This document shows positions 16,405-24,318 of a stretch of 30,087 nt of DNA, piece by piece (the stretch's first letter is position 1; each line of letters begins with the position of its first letter). The translations under genes and the position numbers were made by a program. This stretch comes from Christensenellales bacterium (GTDB lineage Bacteria > Bacillota > Clostridia > Christensenellales > Maliibacteriaceae): assembly GCA_050944255.1 (NCBI GenBank), contig JBMNQS010000021.1:1-30087 (forward strand). The letters run 5' to 3'. The notes beneath the pieces were generated by a model, which was not told where the DNA came from, did no database searches, and was given only the letters and a program-made list of their open reading frames with translations.

Positions 16405-17043
16405 ATGCTTTACAGAATCGCCTGGTTTTTGGCCCAAATCTACACCCGCCTTTTGTTTCCCACCGTCGTGGTGTCGGGGCTGAAGTACATCAACCGCAAG
16501 GGCCCGTGCATCCTGTGCTCCAATCACAAGACGGGCAGGGACCCCATTTTGCTGGTAACGAACATATGGCGGCCGGTGTCCTTCATGTCCAAGGAAGAGT
16601 TGTTCAGAAACAAGCTCTCCGCCTCCTTTTACCGCAGGCTGCACATGTTCCCGGTCAAACGGGGGGCCTCGGACCTGCACTCGCTGCGCACGTCCCTGAA
16701 GGTGCTGGAGGGCGGCGGCATGCTGGGCATCTACCCCGAAGGCACCAGGTACCCCGACGCCGAGGGCGTACAGCCGCTGCACAACGGCGCCGCCATGATC
16801 GCCCTTAGAAGCGGCGCGCCAATGGTGCCGGTCTACCTGGACAGCGCGGCGGGCCCCTTTAAATTGAACCGCATCTACGCCGGGCCGCCCATCGTGGTGG
16901 ACAACAGGGAGGGCGTGGTCAATTCGCGCAGGATGAAGATGGTCACCGACAGGCTCCATGACGCCATGCAGGCGCTCTACCTGCAGGCGAAACAGGATCG
17001 CCTGCTGCGCGAAAACAGAAAAAAATCCGGGCAGAAAGGCTGA
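16405..17043 (+). CDS. plsC: 1-acyl-sn-glycerol-3-phosphate acyltransferase
   Basis: HX4D motif NHKTGRD, FPVKRG, IYPEGTR. Confidence 0.88.
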   Translation: MLYRIAWFLAQIYTRLLFPTVVVSGLKYINRKGPCILCSNHKTGRDPILLVTNIWRPVSFMSKEELFRNKLSASFYRRLHMFPVKRGASDLHSLRTSLKVLEGGGMLGIYPEGTRYPDAEGVQPLHNGAAMIALRSGAPMVPVYLDSAAGPFKLNRIYAGPPIVVDNREGVVNSRRMKMVTDRLHDAMQALYLQAKQDRLLRENRKKSGQKG

Positions 17044-17207
17044 TGTTACGTCTTTTTATGCCGAGGATTGCCGGAAAATGTTAAATTTGTATTGATTTTT
17101 TATAGATGATTGCACTATCGAAACGAATGTAATAAAATATAATTTGTGGATTCTGCCGCATTAGATGGTTTTTGAGATTTGGGCCACAGATCGCACAAAG
17201 GAGTGTT

Positions 17208-19781
17208 ATGCAGATCGTTCTCGCACCCCATGGCGGATTTTGCTTCGGCGTTAAACGGGCGCTCAAATTGGCCGAAGATGAAATCGGCGGCGGGCCCGTA
17301 TATACCCTCGGCCCCATCATACATAACCGCCAGGTGGTGGAATACCTGAGTGAGAAGGGCGTAGGCGTCATCGAAAGCGCCGGCGAGGCCCAAAAAGGCG
17401 ATAAAGTCGTTATCCGCTCCCATGGCGTATCCCCCAAAACCATCCGGGCCTTGGAAGAGAAGGGCGCCCATATCATCGACGCCACCTGTCCCTTCGTTTC
17501 CAGAATCCACCAGAAGGTAAAAGAGGCCGCGCAAGAGGGCAGGCAGGTCATCATCGTCGGAAAGGCCGATCATCCGGAAGTCATAGGCATCGGCGGCTGG
17601 GCGGATGAGGACGCCATCGTGGTGTCCAGTCCCGAGCAGGCCGATACGCTGGGGTACTTTGATAAGGCGCTTGTGGTGGCGCAGACAACCATTATCCAGA
17701 AGCTGTTCGACGAGGTGCTCGAAACGCTCAGACCGCATATCCGGGATATAGAAGTGTTTTGCAGTATCTGCCAGACATCGGCGCAGCGCCAGATGGAGGC
17801 CACCGAAATTGCCAAAACATGCGATGCGGTCGTCATTATCGGAGGCAGGCATAGCGCCAATACCAGTCATTTGTATCATATTTGCAGCGAGGTATGCCCA
17901 AACTGTATAATGATAGAGACAGCTAAAGAGCTGCGAGAAAAAGCGTTTTCCGGCGCGAGGCGCGTCGGGATCATTGCCGGAGCGTCCACTCCGGAATGGA
18001 TAATTGAGGAGGTCACTACGAACATGAGCGAACTGGAAAACACCCCCGTACTTGCCGGCGAAGAAGAAAACATCGCCCCGGCCGCTGCGGAAGAAGCGGC
18101 CCAATCTGCCGTAGAGGAGGCTCCCGCCCAGGAGCAGGCCGCCCAGGCGGAGGCAGTGCAAGAACAGCCCCAAGCAGCGCAGGATGCTGACGCAGGTCAT
18201 ATGCCCGAGGATGCGCCCGCCCAGGAAACGGCTCAAGAGCCCTCTCCCGCGGCAGACGACGCCGACGCAGGCCATATGCCCGATGCGGATGCGCAGGCTG
18301 CAAGCGAATCTTCGGAAGAGGAAGCCGAAGCCAATTTTATGGAGGATTTCGAGAAGACCCTTGTGCAGATTCGCAATGGCCAGGTGATTTCCGGTACAAT
18401 CGTTCACGTTAATGACTCGGAAGTGTGCGTCAACATCGGTTATAAATCCGACGGCTTTGTCTCCAAGGCCGAGTTCTCCGCCGACGGCAGCGTCAATCCC
18501 GCCGAAGTGGTCAAACCCGGCGACAAAATCGAAGTCGAAGTGCTGAAAGTCAACGACGGCGACGGCAACGTGATGCTGTCCAAAAAGAGCGTCGACGGCA
18601 AAAGGCACTGGCGCGACGCGGTGGCCGCCTTCGAAGAGGGCAGAAACATCGTGGCGGAGGTCAAGGAAGTGGTCAAGGGCGGTATCGTGGCCGATGCCAG
18701 CAGCATCCGCACGTTTATCCCCGCCTCCCAGCTGGCCCTTGGCTACATAGAGGATATGAGCGGCTTCGTGGGCCAGAGCCTCGAACTGAAAATCATCGAG
18801 CTGGACCGCAGTAAGCGCCGTATCGTGGCCTCCAGAAAAGCCGTTCTCCAAGAGGAGAGCGAGCAAAAGAAAAAGGAAGTCTGGGATAACCTGGAAGAAG
18901 GCCAGAAGATCACGGGCGTCGTGCAGCGCCTGACCAACTTCGGCGCCTTCGTGGATATCGGCGGCGTGGACGGCCTGATCCATATCACCGATCTTTCGTG
19001 GGGCCGCGTGCGCCACCCCTCGGATGTGGTCAAGCCCGGCGAGCAGGTGGAAGTATCGGTCCTGAATCTGGACCGCGAGCGCGAGCGCATCTCCCTGGGA
19101 TACAAGCAGACGCAGCCCCAGCCCTGGGACAACGCCAAAGAGCGCTATCCGGTGGATGCCGTCGTCAAGGGCAAGGTGGTCCGCATCGTCAGCTTCGGCG
19201 CCTTCGTGGAGCTTGAATCCGGCCTTGACGGCCTTGTGCATATCTCCAACATCGCCAACCGCCGTATCGAAAAGGTGGAGGACGTGCTTAAAGTCGGCGA
19301 TGAGGTGGATGTGATGGTGCTGGAAGTCAATCCCGACGCCAAGCGCATCAGTCTCTCCATACGCGCCACGCTGCCACGGGAAGAGCGGGAAGAGCGCGAG
19401 GAAGTGCCCAGACAACCCCGTGACCGCGATGAGCAGCCCAGGCGTGAGCGCAATGCGTCGGCCTACGAGCGGGCCTCTCAGCTTCGTCAGGGCGGCGGCC
19501 AGCGCAGAGAGCGCCAGCCGCGCTCAAATGAGCCCACCAGCTATTCCGAGGATTCCAGCGTGACGCTGGGCGATCTGATGCCCGGACTGCGCGAGCTGTT
19601 CGGCAATGCGCAGGAGGTCGAAGAGACGGTGCCGGCCGCAGCGGAAACGGAAGTCGCCACCGACGCCGCGCCGGAAGTGGCCGAGGAAGTGGCGGAAATC
19701 CTTGAAAACGACGGTGAAACCGTAGGCGAAATCACCGCCGAGGATATCGAAAAGACGGCTGAAGCCGACAAAGAAGAATAA
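17208..19781 (+). CDS. ispH: Bifunctional 4-hydroxy-3-methylbut-2-enyl diphosphate reductase (IspH/LytB) fused to ribosomal protein S1 (four S1 domains)
   Basis: N-terminal MQIVLAPHGGFCFGVKRAL...ATCPFV...HSANT is IspH. An acidic Ala/Glu/Gln linker follows at about 18050-18340. Four S1 OB-fold repeats follow (GQVISGTIVHV, GRNIVAEVKEV, GQKITGVVQRLTNFGAFVDI, AVVKGKVVRIVSFGAFVEL). The C-terminal tail is Arg/Glu-rich and acidic. AAAGGAG RBS precedes the ATG at 17208. Confidence 0.92.
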   Translation: MQIVLAPHGGFCFGVKRALKLAEDEIGGGPVYTLGPIIHNRQVVEYLSEKGVGVIESAGEAQKGDKVVIRSHGVSPKTIRALEEKGAHIIDATCPFVSRIHQKVKEAAQEGRQVIIVGKADHPEVIGIGGWADEDAIVVSSPEQADTLGYFDKALVVAQTTIIQKLFDEVLETLRPHIRDIEVFCSICQTSAQRQMEATEIAKTCDAVVIIGGRHSANTSHLYHICSEVCPNCIMIETAKELREKAFSGARRVGIIAGASTPEWIIEEVTTNMSELENTPVLAGEEENIAPAAAEEAAQSAVEEAPAQEQAAQAEAVQEQPQAAQDADAGHMPEDAPAQETAQEPSPAADDADAGHMPDADAQAASESSEEEAEANFMEDFEKTLVQIRNGQVISGTIVHVNDSEVCVNIGYKSDGFVSKAEFSADGSVNPAEVVKPGDKIEVEVLKVNDGDGNVMLSKKSVDGKRHWRDAVAAFEEGRNIVAEVKEVVKGGIVADASSIRTFIPASQLALGYIEDMSGFVGQSLELKIIELDRSKRRIVASRKAVLQEESEQKKKEVWDNLEEGQKITGVVQRLTNFGAFVDIGGVDGLIHITDLSWGRVRHPSDVVKPGEQVEVSVLNLDRERERISLGYKQTQPQPWDNAKERYPVDAVVKGKVVRIVSFGAFVELESGLDGLVHISNIANRRIEKVEDVLKVGDEVDVMVLEVNPDAKRISLSIRATLPREEREEREEVPRQPRDRDEQPRRERNASAYERASQLRQGGGQRRERQPRSNEPTSYSEDSSVTLGDLMPGLRELFGNAQEVEETVPAAAETEVATDAAPEVAEEVAEILENDGETVGEITAEDIEKTAEADKEE

Positions 19782-19798
19782 ACGGATTTTACGGCCGG

Positions 19799-19826
19799 AC
19801 GGCGCCCCTCCCAGGGCGCCGTTTTG
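19799..19826 (+). terminator. Rho-independent terminator after ispH-rpsA
   Basis: acggcgccc (19799-19807) pairs with gggcgccgt (19814-19822), followed by tttt. Confidence 0.7.
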
Positions 19827-20123
19827 GATCGTTTTAAAAACATTAGAATGATACGCGACCCAAGCACATGGATCAGGGCGCGTCCGGCAGTAAAACAACC
19901 TGCTGATACCCAATCATCCGCTATGCGGGCGGGTCTGCAGAGATTTTCGGTTCCCGTATGTATTTTTTAACAAAACGCACGGCCTATGGACATATCGCGC
20001 GCAAACGGCGTATACTAAAAACAGCGCGAAGAAGATTAAAAAATTTTTTGCATAGCCTTGCGTTAAATGGGAAATGCTTTTATTGCATGGGTCATAATCC
20101 CTTATGCAGCCCCCTTACCGTCA

Positions 20124-20158
20124 GGCGCAACGCATCAATCGCGTTGCGCCGTTTTTTG
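20124..20158 (+). terminator. Strong plus-strand rho-independent terminator with no annotated gene upstream
   Basis: ggcgcaacgc (20124-20133) pairs with gcgttgcgcc (20141-20150), followed by gtttttt. Confidence 0.65.
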
Positions 20159-20180
20159 CCCGAAATCAACTGAAAAAACG

Positions 20181-20209
20181 TTGACATATAGACGTTTATC
20201 ATGTATATT
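20181..20209 (+). promoter_or_regulatory. Strong sigmaA promoter TTGACA-17-TATATT for the tRNA operon, with upstream A-tract
   Basis: Consensus -35 at 20181-20186, -10 at 20204-20209, about 33 nt upstream of the first tRNA. Confidence 0.7.
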
Positions 20210-20241
20210 AAGATACGTCGCCTGCGAGTGGATGTGTGTTT

Positions 20242-20318
20242 CGGGGTGTGGCGCAGTCTGGTAGCGTACGTGCTTTGGGAGCATGGGGCCGGGGGTTCAA
20301 ATCCCTTCACCCCGACCA
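20242..20318 (+). tRNA. tRNA-Pro (anticodon TGG)
   Basis: Manual cloverleaf: acceptor cggggtg/caccccg, anticodon loop tttggga, T-loop ttcaaat, encoded CCA. Confidence 0.85.
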
Positions 20319-20431
20319 GTCCGGATGGCCGGACGGCCAAATGCGCATCGGCCACGGTGCGCGATACGGCTTCTCCGCCGCCCTTGGGCATCAGCGCCGT
20401 ATCACAACGCATACCCTTCATCGCAGTTCGT

Positions 20432-20506
20432 GGCCCCGTGGTCAAGCGGTCAAGACACCGCCCTTTCACGGCGGTAACAGGGGTTCGATTCCCCTCGGGG
20501 TCACCA
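20432..20506 (+). tRNA. tRNA-Glu (anticodon TTC)
   Basis: Acceptor ggccccg/cggggtc, Glu-type D-arm gtcaagcggtcaagac, anticodon loop ctttcac, T-loop ttcgatt, encoded CCA. Confidence 0.85.
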
Positions 20507-20511
20507 TTTTT

Positions 20512-20587
20512 GGGCCTTTAGCTCAGTGGTTAGAGCGACCGGCTCATAACCGGTTGGTCCGGGGTTCAAATCCCTGAAGGCCCACCA
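20512..20587 (+). tRNA. tRNA with CAT anticodon, more like tRNA-Ile2 (lysidine-modified) than Met/fMet
   Basis: gggcctttagctcagtggttagagc...ctcataa...ggttcaaatcc...ggcccacca. The 5' half and anticodon arm resemble Bacillus tRNA-Ile(CAT) as I recall it. Identity cannot be proven from sequence alone. Confidence 0.8.
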
Positions 20588-20593
20588 TTTTCT

Positions 20594-20671
20594 GGCCCGG
20601 TAGCTCAGTTTGGTTAGAGCGCTAGCCTGTCACGCTAGAGGCCGAGGGTTCGAGCCCCTTCCGGGTCGCCA
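20594..20671 (+). tRNA. tRNA-Asp (anticodon GTC)
   Basis: Acceptor ggcccgg/ccgggtc, anticodon loop ctgtcac, T-loop ttcgagc, encoded CCA. Confidence 0.85.
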
Positions 20672-20678
20672 TTTTTTT

Positions 20679-20754
20679 GCCTCGGTAGCTCAGTCGGTAG
20701 AGCAAGGGACTGAAAATCCCTGTGTCGGTGGTTCGATTCCACTCTGAGGCACCA
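20679..20754 (+). tRNA. tRNA-Phe (anticodon GAA)
   Basis: gcctcggtagctcagtcggtagagc, anticodon loop ctgaaaa, T-loop ttcgatt, encoded CCA. Confidence 0.88.
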
Positions 20755-20759
20755 GTTAA

Positions 20760-20835
20760 GCTGGTGTAGCTCAACTGGCAGAGCAGCTGATTTGTAATCA
20801 GCAGGTTGCGGGTTCAAGTCCCATCACCAGCTCCA
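20760..20835 (+). tRNA. tRNA-Thr (anticodon TGT)
   Basis: gctggtgtagctcaactggcagagc, anticodon loop tttgtaa, T-loop ttcaagt, encoded CCA. Confidence 0.85.
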
Positions 20836-20855
20836 GTCCGGAAGACCGGACAGTC

Positions 20856-20958
20856 AATATCGCGAATCGTACGTTGCGGTTTGCGATATTTTATACCCGC
20901 GTCAAATGTTATAGCATCACCTGTTCCAACCAAAATCCGCCTAAACAGCGGGTTTTTT
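20856..20958 (+). terminator. Two terminator-like hairpins closing the tRNA operon
   Basis: aatatcgc (20856-20863) pairs with gcgatatt (20883-20890), followed by ttat. ccgc (20937-20940) pairs with gcgg (20948-20951), followed by gtttttt. Confidence 0.45.
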
Positions 20959-21226
20959 ATTGTTCGTGTTGTATTTCGTGTTGCATCTTTATACGCCTAT
21001 CGGCTCTTGAGTTGTCAATATTAGAAAATGCAGGATGAGTAAAAATCAGAATAAAAGGCGCAACTCCGGCTTTTATTATGGCGGCGGGCATGCTAAAATT
21101 TGGTAAAGGCTTTCGGTGCCCAATCTGAAGCGCAATATAAAGAATATGACCGGCATTGCCGCATGGATGATGGGGGAGGGCCGCCGCCGAAATATATAAA
21201 ATCAATACAGGAGCAAGGAGGATTTT

Positions 21227-21826
21227 ATGAGCAGTGATTTTTATGAGATTTTAAAGACCCGAAGGTCGAATTACACCATTGGCAAAACTGAAACGGTGCC
21301 TATTGACACCATTGAAGAGACGATCATTACGGCCATGACGCATGCGCCAAGCGCGTTTAATCACCAGCCGGCCAGGGTGGTGGCGCTTTTTCGGGAACAC
21401 CATCAAAAGCTGTGGGACATCGTCTGGGAAGTGCTAAAGGAAACGGCGCCGCCTGAGAATCTGGCGCAAACCAAGGAAAAGCTGGATGATTTTGCCGCGG
21501 GGTACGGCACGCTGCTGTTTCTGATCGACGAGGATGCGGTCAGGCAGATGCAGGAGCGGTTCCCGCTTTATGCCGATAATTTCCCCACATGGGCCGAGCA
21601 GTCCACGGGTATGCTGCAGTACGTCCTGTGGGCGGCGCTGGACGCGCAGGGGCTGGGCGTAAACCTGCAGCACTATAACCCGCTGATCGACAGCCGGGTG
21701 CATGCCCAGTGGGATATCCCGCAAAACCACCGCTTGATATCGCAAATGGTTTTGGGAAGCCGCGAAGCGCCGCCGGAAGAAAAGGAGTTGATCGATCCGT
21801 GGCAGCGGGTCAGGCTATTTAAATAG
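21227..21826 (+). CDS. Nitroreductase family protein (FMN-dependent), 199 aa
   Basis: ILKTRRSNYTIG...HAPSAFNHQPARVV...LQHYNPLID matches the nitroreductase-fold pattern. AAGGAGG at 21215-21221. Confidence 0.82.
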   Translation: MSSDFYEILKTRRSNYTIGKTETVPIDTIEETIITAMTHAPSAFNHQPARVVALFREHHQKLWDIVWEVLKETAPPENLAQTKEKLDDFAAGYGTLLFLIDEDAVRQMQERFPLYADNFPTWAEQSTGMLQYVLWAALDAQGLGVNLQHYNPLIDSRVHAQWDIPQNHRLISQMVLGSREAPPEEKELIDPWQRVRLFK

Positions 21827-21916
21827 AGTTGGATGCAGAAAAGCAGGGCCTCTTGTGAAGATTTTTAACTGGAAAGGGGTAGTCTGGTTTCCTGCGTAGA
21901 AAAGACAAACGAAGAT

Positions 21917-21959
21917 GGCCCGGATACCGAGGATCAAGGCAGCGCGGTATCCGGGCTTT
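21917..21959 (+). terminator. Rho-independent terminator after the nitroreductase gene
   Basis: gcccggatacc (21917-21927) pairs with ggtatccgggc (21945-21955), followed by tttt. Confidence 0.7.
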
Positions 21960-22044
21960 TCATTTCGGGACAACTTCATCGTATAATCAGGCAGAGCAAG
22001 TAATTTATATAGAAAAACATCCCTGATTTTAAAAGAGAAAACAC

Positions 22045-22073
22045 TTTACTTTTTCATGTTGACAGGATATAAT
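22045..22073 (+). promoter_or_regulatory. Candidate sigmaA promoter TTTACT-17-TATAAT for the radical SAM operon
   Basis: -35 at 22045-22050, -10 at 22068-22073. A consensus TTGACA at 22059-22064 has no properly spaced -10. Confidence 0.5.
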
Positions 22074-22089
22074 AAGAACAAATGTTCTT
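22074..22089 (+). promoter_or_regulatory. LexA (SOS/Cheo) box AGAACAAATGTTCT immediately downstream of the -10
   Basis: GAAC-N4-GTTC core at 22076-22087. It matches 12 of 14 positions of the Gram-positive consensus CGAACRNRYGTTYC. The palindrome arms taagaac/gttctta are 7 bp. It sits over the expected transcription start. Confidence 0.7.
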
Positions 22090-22107
22090 ATATTTGGAGT
22101 GTGTGCC

Positions 22108-23439
22108 ATGGAATTGATGGATAAGCTGACCGTGCTTGCCGACAGCGCCAAATACGACGCGGCGTGCACGTCCTCGGGCGTGGACCGGCCCGGCCGTAGG
22201 GGCGCGCTTGGCTCCGCCGTGGCGCCGGGATGCTGCCATAGCTTTTCCGCGGACGGCAGGTGCATCTCGCTTTTGAAAGTGCTGATGACCAATCATTGCA
22301 TCTACGACTGCAAGTACTGCGTGAACCGTCGTTCCAATGACGTGCGGCGCACGGCCTTCACGCCCAGGGAACTGGCCGATCTGACGATCCAGTTTTACCG
22401 GCGCAACTACATCGAGGGGCTCTTTTTGTCCAGCGGCGTGGCCGGGAGCCCGGACCATACGATGCAGCAGATGATCGATGCGCTGGAACTGCTGCGTGAC
22501 GGGTACGGTTTCCAGGGGTATATCCACGCCAAGACGATACCGGGCGCCTCTGCGGAATTGGTGTACCGGCTGGGGCTCCTGGCGGACCGGCTGAGCGTGA
22601 ACATAGAACTGCCCAGCGAGCAGAGCCTGAGGCTTCTGGCGCCCAATAAGACGAAGCGGGCGATCCTGGAGCCCATGCGGCAGATTGCCGACGGGCTGCA
22701 GCAAAGCGGCCGGGAGATGGTCCTGTATAAGCACGCGCCGCGCTTTGCCGCCGCCGGCCAGGCCACGCAGATGATCATCGGGGCCACGCCGGAAACCGAT
22801 TATAAGATACTGAAGCTGGCTGCCGGTCTCTACGACCGCTACGCTTTGAAGCGGGTGTTTTACTCGGCGTATATTCCCGTGGTGGAGGATTCGCTTCTGC
22901 CGGCGCTTCAGGCGCCGCCGCCGCTGCTTCGGGAGCACAGGCTGTATCAGGCGGATTTCCTGATGCGGCAGTATGCGTTTACGGCCGATGAGATACTCTG
23001 CGAAGAGGTGCCCAATTTCAACCCGTATATGGACCCTAAATGCAACTGGGCCATCCATAATATGGAGCGCTTTCCCGTGGATGTGAACCGGGCCCCTTTG
23101 AACGAGCTGCTGCGGGTGCCCGGCATCGGCCCCAGGAGCGCCAGAAGGATTATCGCGGCCCGGCGCACCGGCGCCCTGGGCATGACGGAGTTGAAAAAGA
23201 TCGGCGTGGTGCTCAAGCGCGCCCAGTACTTCATACTGACGAGGGACCGTCCGGCGGGCCTTCGGATGAACAGGCAGACCGCGGCGCGGGCACTGATGGA
23301 CCCGGCGAGCTTTTCCTACGGGTTGGAGCAACTGACGCTATTCACCGATACGGGACTTGCGCTGCCTGGCCCGGGGGACGTCAAATCCATTGAAGCGGCG
23401 AAAAAGGAGGCGGTATTATCAGTGGCGCAAAACCTTTAG
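22108..23439 (+). CDS. Putative DNA modification/repair radical SAM protein (TIGR03916-like) with C-terminal helix-hairpin-helix
   Basis: CxxxCxxC cluster CIYDCKYC after an N-terminal Cys-rich stretch. HhH motif LLRVPGIGPRSARRIIAAR. GGAG lies 8 nt upstream of the ATG at 22108. It is paired with a DUF4130 gene. Confidence 0.85.
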   Translation: MELMDKLTVLADSAKYDAACTSSGVDRPGRRGALGSAVAPGCCHSFSADGRCISLLKVLMTNHCIYDCKYCVNRRSNDVRRTAFTPRELADLTIQFYRRNYIEGLFLSSGVAGSPDHTMQQMIDALELLRDGYGFQGYIHAKTIPGASAELVYRLGLLADRLSVNIELPSEQSLRLLAPNKTKRAILEPMRQIADGLQQSGREMVLYKHAPRFAAAGQATQMIIGATPETDYKILKLAAGLYDRYALKRVFYSAYIPVVEDSLLPALQAPPPLLREHRLYQADFLMRQYAFTADEILCEEVPNFNPYMDPKCNWAIHNMERFPVDVNRAPLNELLRVPGIGPRSARRIIAARRTGALGMTELKKIGVVLKRAQYFILTRDRPAGLRMNRQTAARALMDPASFSYGLEQLTLFTDTGLALPGPGDVKSIEAAKKEAVLSVAQNL

Positions 23440-24191
23440 CGGCGCCGTCATCCGGCGAATACATCTACGACGGCAGCCTCAGCGGCTTTTATTGCTGCGT
23501 ATACCGGTGCGTTTACTCGGGACTGATGCCCGCCAGCATCGTGCCCGAAAGCCGCTGCCAGCCCGCTTTCTTTGCCCAGATGCGCATCGAAACGGACGAA
23601 AAGAGGGCCGGACGGGTACGCGATTCCATCTATGCCCGGATATCCCCTGCGGCGCTGGACCTTGTAGAGACGGTGTTTTTCAGCTGTATGCCCGACAAGG
23701 AGGCGGCGATGCTCCGCTTTCTCCTGAAGGCGTACCGACAGGGGCCCAAAGTGATGGATATGCTGGGCGATCCGGCGGTGGCGCCGCTTTTAAAGGCGGA
23801 AAAGCACCTTCTGGGAGAGCGGCAGCTGCTGCTGGGCTTCATACGCTTTTCGGACTATGACGGCAACCTGGCCGCCGCCATATCCCCGAAGAACTTTGTG
23901 CTGCCGTTTCTGGCGGATCACTTTATCCGCAGGTATTCCGGAGAGAACTTCATGATCTTCGACAAGGTGCACAAGGCGGCGCTGATCTACCAGGGCGGAC
24001 GGGCCGGCATCATTTCGGTGGAGCATATCGAGTTTCCAGAGGCCTCCGTCGCGGAACGGCAGTACCGCACGCTGTGGAAACGGTTCTACGACACCATCGG
24101 CATAGAGGCCCGATACAACCCCAAATGCCGCATGACCCATATGCCAAAACGCTACTGGGAGAACATGCTGGAGGTGAAGGACCTGCTTTAA
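23415..24191 (+). CDS. TIGR03915/DUF4130 family putative DNA metabolism protein (start codon uncertain, see findings)
   Basis: The frame is open from 23394. The family-typical N-terminus YIYDGSLSGFYCCVY is encoded at 23460-23504, upstream of the first ATG (23526). AAGGAGG at 23404-23410 is followed by an in-frame ATT (23415) and ATC (23418). C-terminal NPKCRMTHMPKRYWENM is typical of the family. Confidence 0.75.
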   Translation: MISGAKPLAAPSSGEYIYDGSLSGFYCCVYRCVYSGLMPASIVPESRCQPAFFAQMRIETDEKRAGRVRDSIYARISPAALDLVETVFFSCMPDKEAAMLRFLLKAYRQGPKVMDMLGDPAVAPLLKAEKHLLGERQLLLGFIRFSDYDGNLAAAISPKNFVLPFLADHFIRRYSGENFMIFDKVHKAALIYQGGRAGIISVEHIEFPEASVAERQYRTLWKRFYDTIGIEARYNPKCRMTHMPKRYWENMLEVKDLL

Positions 24192-24318
24192 AGTTTAAGA
24201 AAATCGAAAGAATAAGAATTTCCACTTATTTTGTGATAAAATGCCTGCGGGATGATGCAGAACGGATACACCCGGGCGCTATGATGGGAGCAATCTACAA
24301 GGAAAGGAAGAAACTTCC

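Noticed and set aside
17115-19415. 766-aa minus-strand ORF antisense to ispH-rpsA
   Set aside because: It lies entirely opposite a gene with unmistakable IspH and S1 motifs. Its translation is low-complexity and rich in Gly, Ala, Arg, His and Leu, with no motifs and no RBS. This is a typical antisense open frame of high-GC coding DNA.
20092-20817. ORFs across 20092-20817 on both strands
   Set aside because: They are explained by the six tRNA genes and their spacers.
20957-21205. 82-aa minus-strand ORF and a possible riboswitch in the AT-rich gap before the nitroreductase gene
   Set aside because: It has no RBS, an implausible composition, and no recognisable conserved riboswitch helices. 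I treat it as plain intergenic DNA.
22059-22064. Consensus TTGACA as the -35 of the radical SAM promoter
   Set aside because: No -10-like hexamer lies at 16-19 nt spacing. The TATAAT is only 3 nt away and the TATATT is 25 nt away. The TTTACT-17-TATAAT pairing is therefore preferred.
22054-23331. 425-aa minus-strand ORF antisense to the radical SAM gene
   Set aside because: Its composition is Arg/Pro/Gly/His-rich with no motifs. The plus-strand frame has the CxxxCxxC and HhH motifs and a proper RBS.
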